Assembly (NCBI GenBank): GCA_964553825.1
Contig: CAZKLT010000002.1
Span: forward strand, 2,068 to 66,067
Direction of reading: 5' to 3'
DNA length: 64,000 nt
Source: an uncultured Gammaproteobacteria bacterium
GTDB lineage: Bacteria > Patescibacteriota > Microgenomatia > UBA10105 > UBA927
Below the pieces are notes generated by a model. The model worked only from the letters and a program-made list of their open reading frames with translations, was not told the origin of the DNA and searched no databases. The translations under genes and the position numbers were made by a program. Positions within the stretch are counted from its first letter, which is position 1; every line of letters begins with the position of its first letter. This document shows positions 58,259-64,000 of this stretch, one piece after another.

Positions 58259-59179
58259 ATGGCCGATCCTATTACCACCGAAGACTTATACGGAAAATCA
58301 TCGGAACCAAAGCAGGAACCTCCTCCGATAACACCCGCACCAATCCAATATGAGGAAACGCCGGAGATACACCCGGTCGCCCCCGCTGCATCAACGGAAG
58401 GACACGACACGCATCCACCCGCTCCTAAAAAGGCAGGTTCTGTCTTGGGAACCATTCTGACGGGTGTCATATTTCTCGGTTTGTTTGCCGGAGGCATTTG
58501 GATCTCAAGCGTGATTCGTCAATTCCTTCCTGCAAGTCAGCAGGAAACGTCAAGACTCCCCACTCCCACCCCACTTCCGGGCGCCCTAAATTCCGTTCCG
58601 AACGCAACAAACTCAGCTGATGTCAATATGCAGTGGAAAACATATGACGTCATCAGCGGCGTCACGAAGCTTTCTTTTGCAGGCATCACCTTTAAACTCC
58701 CGACCAATGTTCTATCCCCTATTTGTGACGGAACTGGTTGTGCATCTCAGGGAACATACCTTCCCGGCGGAACACGCTTTACCGTTGCACCCCGTGGATC
58801 CGGTGAGGCGCTTGCGGATTTCCGCGGAAGCATTATCAGCGATGTGAACGGTATTTCATTTACCACAAAAAAAGTTACTGTGGGAGGTCGGCCTGCCACA
58901 GAATTCACCGGCTCATTTACCGGGCGGACGCTTGCAGGATATGCGTTTAGTAAAATGCGGGGCGTCATGATTGAAATTACCCCGAACACATCATTGGAAA
59001 TTAATCATTTCACGCCAAATGGCGTAACGGCAGATTTTGTTTCAGACGACACATTATTTGATTCTATCCTTACCACTGTTTCCATCCCCGCAGCACTGAC
59101 GCCGACGACCCTTACACCCACCTCAACCATACCAGTCGCCACCTCGACTCCCCGACCGGCAACAGGAAGCGGGTATTAA
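58259..59179 (+). CDS. hypothetical membrane-anchored protein with Pro/Thr-rich regions
   Basis: One TM helix. No recognised domain. Confidence 0.45.
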   Translation: MADPITTEDLYGKSSEPKQEPPPITPAPIQYEETPEIHPVAPAASTEGHDTHPPAPKKAGSVLGTILTGVIFLGLFAGGIWISSVIRQFLPASQQETSRLPTPTPLPGALNSVPNATNSADVNMQWKTYDVISGVTKLSFAGITFKLPTNVLSPICDGTGCASQGTYLPGGTRFTVAPRGSGEALADFRGSIISDVNGISFTTKKVTVGGRPATEFTGSFTGRTLAGYAFSKMRGVMIEITPNTSLEINHFTPNGVTADFVSDDTLFDSILTTVSIPAALTPTTLTPTSTIPVATSTPRPATGSGY

Positions 59180-59180
59180 C

Positions 59181-59870
59181 TTACCTCGCTCGTTTCCCAA
59201 ATAACGCTTCTCCCAGACGCACCTGTGTCGCACCCTCCTCTATTGCGACTTGATAGTCACCACTCGTCCCCATTGATAATGTGCTTCCAAACTGAGGCAC
59301 CTGTTCACGAATGGTATGCAAAAGCGCTCTCATAGACTGAAAGTACGGTCTATTTTTCCCGGCATTCTGCGTCAGAGGTGCCATAGTCATAAGCCCATCA
59401 AGTCGAATATGTGAAAGCGTTATTCCCTCTCGTATGACAGCAAGGAGGGCGCGTAATTTTGCTTCATCTGACTCCCACTGCACCATGGGAAACCCATATT
59501 TTCCTTTTTCGCCCGAAATGTTTACCTCCAAAAGCACAGGGAGTCGTTTTCCAATCACTGAAGCTTCTTTGTTAAGCCGCTGTAACAGCGACTGCGAATC
59601 AACGGAATCAACGGAATCAAACGCACTTACGACTGCACGCGCTTTTCTCGATTGCACATGACCAATCATATGCCAATGAATACCAGTAATTCCCTGTTTG
59701 CTCGTGTGCTCTATTTTATCTGCGGCTTCTTCTACCCTATTTTCCCCAATGTGCCGCAATCCCATGTGGTAAGCAGTTAGCACGGCATCCACGGGAAACG
59801 TCTTGGTCACGGCCACGATGGTGACATTGGGAGGAACTGATACCCAGGTTGTCACGACAGCGTTTTTCAT
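59181..59870 (-). CDS. yggS: YggS-family pyridoxal phosphate homeostasis protein
   Basis: VTKTFP ... GENRVEE ... HMIGHVQSRK motifs. Confidence 0.85.
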   Translation of the reverse strand: MKNAVVTTWVSVPPNVTIVAVTKTFPVDAVLTAYHMGLRHIGENRVEEAADKIEHTSKQGITGIHWHMIGHVQSRKARAVVSAFDSVDSVDSQSLLQRLNKEASVIGKRLPVLLEVNISGEKGKYGFPMVQWESDEAKLRALLAVIREGITLSHIRLDGLMTMAPLTQNAGKNRPYFQSMRALLHTIREQVPQFGSTLSMGTSGDYQVAIEEGATQVRLGEALFGKRAR

Positions 59871-60913
59871 ACCGAGGCAAAAAGATCTGTTGCCGGAAAA
59901 AAAAGTATGTCTGCAATATCAGGCACATCGGCAAAAAGCATGATAAGCCTATCCAACCCAACGGCTATTCCGCTACAGCTGGGGAGCCCCACGGCAAGTG
60001 CATCGATAAAATCATGGTCATATTCGTACGCCGTCTTCCCCAAGCGGGTAATTTCTACCAGTTCCCGCTCAAAACGATCCTTCTGTTCATCTGCATCCGT
60101 CAACTCGTCGTAACAATCCCCCAGCTCTAAGCCTGCAATATAAAATTCAAAACGCTGAGCAAACCGCGGATCATCTGGATTTTTCCGGGCAAGGGCGCCC
60201 ATGGGCGCCGGAAAATCATATAAAATGCTGGGCTTTTCTTGGCCGAGATGATTTTCGACTTCATTGAGAAATATCTGGTTATAAAGCTCTTCCCAGGTGG
60301 TTTCTTTTTCGACACGGTATCCTTTTTGACGTGCAATAGCCCAGGCTTCATCAGGATCAAAGAACCGCTCAAGATCCACGCCCGCCCACCGGTCGAACGC
60401 CTCCAAAACAGAAATTCGCTCCCAGGGCGCAGTTAGATCAATGGTTTTCCCTTGGTAGGTAAGCGTCTGTCTCTTTGCGTTTCCCAAACTTGCATACAGA
60501 AAGAGGATAAGCCGCTCGCAATCAGCCATTACATCCTTATAGGTCGCTCCCACCCTATACCACTCAAGAATGGAAAACTCCGGATTATGCAATTTCCCTT
60601 GGGTTTCCCTATTCCGGAAACTCTTGGAAATACTAAAACAGTTCCCGAGGCCCGCTACCATCAATTTTTTTAGAGGTACTTCGGGTGATGTGGAAAGGTA
60701 TGCTCGTTGCTTCTTCTTGTTCCTATCCAGCAGCGTTGTTTCAAAAACGTCTAAGTAGCTCTCCGCAGGAGGATGAGAAATAAGAAGAGGGGTTTCAATT
60801 TCGTGAAAATGCTCCTGGGAAAAAAACGAACGTACGCCTGCATATACCTTCTCACGGATGAAATACCGATTCCAAAGCTCAGGCTGTTTTCGAAGTGTAC
60901 GCCATGTGGACAT
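59867..60913 (-). CDS. epmA: EF-P lysine aminoacylase EpmA (PoxA/GenX), a LysRS catalytic-domain paralogue
   Basis: FHEIETP, SFRNRETQGKLHNPEFSILEWY (motif 2) and GIAVGLDRLIML (motif 3) align closely with E. coli EpmA. Confidence 0.8.
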   Translation of the reverse strand: MSTWRTLRKQPELWNRYFIREKVYAGVRSFFSQEHFHEIETPLLISHPPAESYLDVFETTLLDRNKKKQRAYLSTSPEVPLKKLMVAGLGNCFSISKSFRNRETQGKLHNPEFSILEWYRVGATYKDVMADCERLILFLYASLGNAKRQTLTYQGKTIDLTAPWERISVLEAFDRWAGVDLERFFDPDEAWAIARQKGYRVEKETTWEELYNQIFLNEVENHLGQEKPSILYDFPAPMGALARKNPDDPRFAQRFEFYIAGLELGDCYDELTDADEQKDRFERELVEITRLGKTAYEYDHDFIDALAVGLPSCSGIAVGLDRLIMLFADVPDIADILFFPATDLFASV

Positions 60914-60925
60914 GTTGCAGGATTT

Positions 60926-61183
60926 TTACGAGCGGCGATGTTTTTTTACGACCTTCTGGGAGCCGCTCAATACCTTCACGACGAAAAGCAGATACATAAT
61001 TTCTAAAATCCCGGCTGTATGAACGAGAAGAAAAAGGATAAACCATCCTTTTTGCCCTCTCGTGGCTGCGTGCCATAACGCCAATCCCGTCCAGACAGCA
61101 GACCAAAGAGCAACAACGGCAATCCCTGCGCCCGACCAATGATCCAGATTATTACTGTTTCCCAGATACCATGGCATACACAC
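60926..61183 (-). CDS. small membrane protein
   Basis: 85 aa, 2 TM helices. Confidence 0.4.
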   Translation of the reverse strand: MCMPWYLGNSNNLDHWSGAGIAVVALWSAVWTGLALWHAATRGQKGWFILFLLVHTAGILEIMYLLFVVKVLSGSQKVVKKHRRS

Positions 61184-61186
61184 TCC

Positions 61187-61867
61187 TTACGGAAGCAGCT
61201 TCGTCACTTTTGCGCTCCCTTTCAATTCAGCCAACCACGGTTGGATTTTCTCGCTTATCTTCTGAGATTTCAGCGCGGTTCGTGCTTCTTCGCGCTGCAA
61301 AGCGGCATCCGTTGCTACCAACGTGTCTTTATTTTCCTTCAAAAACGTGTCAACTTCTGTTTCCTCGATCGCTATATCCCGACTTAAAATCTTCTCTACA
61401 GTAATCTGAAGGCGAATCTGGTGTTCAAAATCGTCGCGGGTCATCCCCTGATAACGCAACAGTTCGTCCAGGTTCACGTTTTCACCCAGTCCCTTCACAA
61501 TTTCGTTAATTTTCGCCTCTACTTCCTGTGACGTAAGGTCAATTCCTTCTTTTTTCGCTGCGTCAGCGATAAGCTGTTCGGTAATCATTGACTCCAGCGT
61601 CTGCTGCCCAAAACGACTGACGAGAGCGCGATTCAGGTGCCATCGAAAAATTGGCTTGCCATTCACGGTCGCCGCCACGATATTGCCGCTGCGGTACAGC
61701 CAAATGGCTCCCAAAAGCAACAACACGGCCACCACAATTACCCGAACCGTTGATGATGGGAGTTTTCTTCGTGTCTGAGCAGATGCGCCCGGATGCGGTA
61801 TAACGTCATCCATATTTGTATCTAACATCTCATACGTTGAAGAGGCTTTTCGTCGATTTTTTGCCAT
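61187..61867 (-). CDS. SurA N-terminal-domain chaperone-like protein (no PPIase domain)
   Basis: TM anchor followed by a SurA_N-like helical domain (GKPIFRWHLNRAL ... LIADAAKKEGIDLT). Confidence 0.5.
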   Translation of the reverse strand: MAKNRRKASSTYEMLDTNMDDVIPHPGASAQTRRKLPSSTVRVIVVAVLLLLGAIWLYRSGNIVAATVNGKPIFRWHLNRALVSRFGQQTLESMITEQLIADAAKKEGIDLTSQEVEAKINEIVKGLGENVNLDELLRYQGMTRDDFEHQIRLQITVEKILSRDIAIEETEVDTFLKENKDTLVATDAALQREEARTALKSQKISEKIQPWLAELKGSAKVTKLLP

Positions 61868-61985
61868 AGATCCCCTTTCACAATGGGCAGTATTTAATGA
61901 TACCCAAGAATACCACACTGCCCAACTGGGGAGCAATGCCCTGAAACGATTGCTTTTCGCCCCAAAGCTTCATACAATAGCCGCA

Positions 61986-62396
61986 ATGAAAAAAGCTGCT
62001 TTTTTATTCCCGCATATTCCCCGATTATTCTCCGCACCGATTCGTTCCAGCCTTCTTGCCTGGAGCAAGCTCCTGATCGTGTGGGGCGTGGTAGGGCTTT
62101 TGATTGCGGCAAACCGCTTCTGGCCAACGCCACATGAGAAAAGACTGCCAAATCCGTCATCGCCGGTACTCGGTGCTACAGTGCAGCCAACAGTCACGCA
62201 GACACAACTGGATTATTGGAAACGGATGACGGAAGAAAAACCAGATTATCGGGATGCGTTCATCAAAGCAGCGGCAATCGCACTCGATCTCGGAAAAATG
62301 TCTGAGGCAAGAACATTTATTGATAAAGCTCTTCTACTGGATCCGAATTCTCCCACGGCCCTGGCAATATCAAAACTTCTTGAAAAGTCGGAATAA
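61986..62396 (+). CDS. hypothetical membrane-anchored protein with a TPR-like C-terminus
   Basis: One TM helix. The C-terminus has a TPR-like helical repeat. Confidence 0.4.
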   Translation: MKKAAFLFPHIPRLFSAPIRSSLLAWSKLLIVWGVVGLLIAANRFWPTPHEKRLPNPSSPVLGATVQPTVTQTQLDYWKRMTEEKPDYRDAFIKAAAIALDLGKMSEARTFIDKALLLDPNSPTALAISKLLEKSE

Positions 62397-62402
62397 TAAT
62401 GG

Positions 62403-63113
62403 TTATGCGGCTTTTTTCTCTTCAGATTTAGCTTCTGCGGATGTCTTTTCTTCTGTTTTGGCAGATGTCTCGACTGCCTGGCCTTCTGCGGGTGCTTCGC
62501 TTGAAGATGCTTCCGCAGCTGCCGCAGCCTCAGCTGCAGCCTGAGCCTCGGCTTCTTTTGTAACCAATGGGCCAACCTTTACAACAGTCAGGCCACCATC
62601 CGTGAGGACGGTCACCGCTCCGGACACGTGGACATCACCCACTTTAATTTCTTGATCGACTTCAGCTAATGAAGCTACATCGACCATGATTTTTTCCGGC
62701 AGGTCTGCCGGAAGTGCTTCTACTTCAATATCGTTGAGAACGGTCAACAAAACACCAAGCTTCTGCACGACTGCGGGAGCTTCACCCGTGAATTCGACAG
62801 GAACCTTTGCGTGTACTTTTTCCTTCAGATCTACCTGATGAAACTCGACATGAAGCGGTTCATGCGTTACCGGATCGATTTGCATGGTATGGACAAGAAC
62901 AGGTCGCGTATCATTATCGACGGAAAGCTCGATCAGACCTGTTTCTCCTGCGCTCTCATACAGCGAAACAAACTCATCCCGGGAAACGCTCACCGATACA
63001 CTTTTTACGGATTTTCCATATATTGTAGCTGGTAACTGCCCCTGGGCACGAAGCGTCTTTACCTTTTTTCCGACGAGTGATCGTAATGTGGCAGTTAATG
63101 TATATTTTTTCAT
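62403..63113 (-). CDS. rplY: 50S ribosomal protein L25 / general stress protein Ctc, with an Ala/Glu-rich tail
   Basis: N-terminal L25 domain (RAQGQLPATIYGK). Two beta-barrel domains. Low-complexity C-terminus. Confidence 0.9.
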   Translation of the reverse strand: MKKYTLTATLRSLVGKKVKTLRAQGQLPATIYGKSVKSVSVSVSRDEFVSLYESAGETGLIELSVDNDTRPVLVHTMQIDPVTHEPLHVEFHQVDLKEKVHAKVPVEFTGEAPAVVQKLGVLLTVLNDIEVEALPADLPEKIMVDVASLAEVDQEIKVGDVHVSGAVTVLTDGGLTVVKVGPLVTKEAEAQAAAEAAAAAEASSSEAPAEGQAVETSAKTEEKTSAEAKSEEKKAA

Positions 63114-64000
63114 TGTAGAAATCGCACCCGCACAAACTGGTCTGCGGACACCGTGTTATTGTACTCAAATTCGCCTTCCTTTGCAATAAGCGCGCCTGAA
63201 CGATCCGTTCCCAAAATTCTTGACTCATCTGACATATGCCAGCCTGCTGGATAATATACACGGGTAACCAGCGGCATACCGCTCACGCCTGGCTGCTTGG
63301 AATACATCACATCCAACACAGCCTCGGATCCCCTATTCAGAGTCATCGGAAACACGATTCCCCGTTTATACGTAATCTTCACCTGCCGGCTTGCCCCGGG
63401 CGCTATTTCTATTGCGGCTCCGAGACCAGTCATCTTTTCGGGTGCATCTACCCGTTCAATATAGGGAAACTCCGGTCGAGTCGTGTCTGTGGTCTTGCGC
63501 GACGGGACTGTCGCTCCGTCCAGCGTCACGTCCTGGATTGACGCATCACCCGGTACAAAAAAACGGATGTAGGTGAAGTAGCTTCCGCTTACCCCGCGCT
63601 CCTCCCCTGCCGCCTCATTACGAATATCTGCGGTTACCGTTTCCGTTATCTGACCATCCAACCCAATGACAATCTCCCGGAGAATGCTCCTCTTTACAAA
63701 ATAATTCACCTTACTTACAGAAACATTCGCTTCAGAAAAAATAAACGGATCAAATAAACAGATCTCTGCTTTTACCCCATGACATCCTTGTATCGGAAAA
63801 AGTCTACCCGCCCACTGGAAATGTTCGGCAAGCTCCTCCAGTTCCGGCTTTCTGAAGTAAAACATAATGTCCTTGCGCTCCAACGCGTACGAAAATGCCC
63901 GGAATAAATCTTCAGGTGGAATCGTTTTGTCTGTCGTCAGTCTGGTGATAAGTGTTCGCGCGAGGGCACCCAAGAAATCACTTTTCTGTGTTGATCCCGG
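63110..64000 (-). CDS. hypothetical protein, partial (N-terminus beyond window end)
   Basis: The ORF stays open past position 64000; the listed M is a TTG. No recognised domain. Confidence 0.5.
   Translation of the reverse strand, partial: PGSTQKSDFLGALARTLITRLTTDKTIPPEDLFRAFSYALERKDIMFYFRKPELEELAEHFQWAGRLFPIQGCHGVKAEICLFDPFIFSEANVSVSKVNYFVKRSILREIVIGLDGQITETVTADIRNEAAGEERGVSGSYFTYIRFFVPGDASIQDVTLDGATVPSRKTTDTTRPEFPYIERVDAPEKMTGLGAAIEIAPGASRQVKITYKRGIVFPMTLNRGSEAVLDVMYSKQPGVSGMPLVTRVYYPAGWHMSDESRILGTDRSGALIAKEGEFEYNNTVSADQFVRVRFLQ

Noticed and set aside
59595-59625. Tandem 9-bp repeat ggaatcaac x3
   Set aside because: It lies inside yggS and simply encodes DSVDSVDS. It is not a CRISPR or regulatory repeat.
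1-64000. CRISPR arrays, rRNA genes, transposase or IS elements
   Set aside because: I found no array of regularly spaced repeats, no rRNA-like segments and no transposase-like ORF. The only repeat family is the 320-bp pair.

Overview
This 64-kb window is a gene-dense chromosomal segment; most genes lie on the minus strand. The gene repertoire is unusual for a typical bacterium: endonuclease Q, ATP-dependent DNA ligase, archaeal-type UMP kinase, and a TrpRS carrying extra domains. It is consistent with a deeply branching or uncultivated lineage, possibly CPR-like, but I cannot prove that from sequence alone.

Main contents, in order:
- a PspA/IM30 membrane-stress cluster (PspA, then a TPM-like membrane protein, then an SPFH-like lipoprotein);
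- gdhA;
- a trxA-trxB-oxidoreductase operon;
- a RelA/SpoT-family protein;
- a copper homeostasis island (csoR, copZ, copA, two DUF305, two cupredoxin-domain proteins, DUF3105);
- a VKOR/DsbA disulfide module with a Crp/Fnr regulator;
- an MgtE-N/CBS protein fused by overlap to a non-canonical NRAMP transporter;
- housekeeping genes (pth, prs-like, acyP, lig, recF, nnrD, pyrH, udk, ftsH, trpS, valS, efp, epmA, yggS, rplY);
- glycosyltransferases;
- a Fic protein;
- an ABC-2 exporter;
- three tRNA(-like) genes, two of them irregular.

The most unusual thing I see is a pair of perfectly identical 320-bp direct repeats (1069-1388 and 2853-3172). Each starts about 15 nt after the stop codon of a gene in the PspA cluster (pspA and the TPM gene). 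Each repeat carries, on the coding (minus) strand, a three-helix hammerhead-ribozyme-like motif: CUGAUGA, a GUCC-GAAA-GGAC stem II, GAA, and an 8-bp stem III. It has one non-canonical feature, a flipped 15.1/16.1 pair.

I also found two sigma70-like promoters sharing a 13-nt upstream motif, a candidate CsoR operator palindrome, and a structured ~400-bp divergent intergenic region with two terminator-like hairpins.
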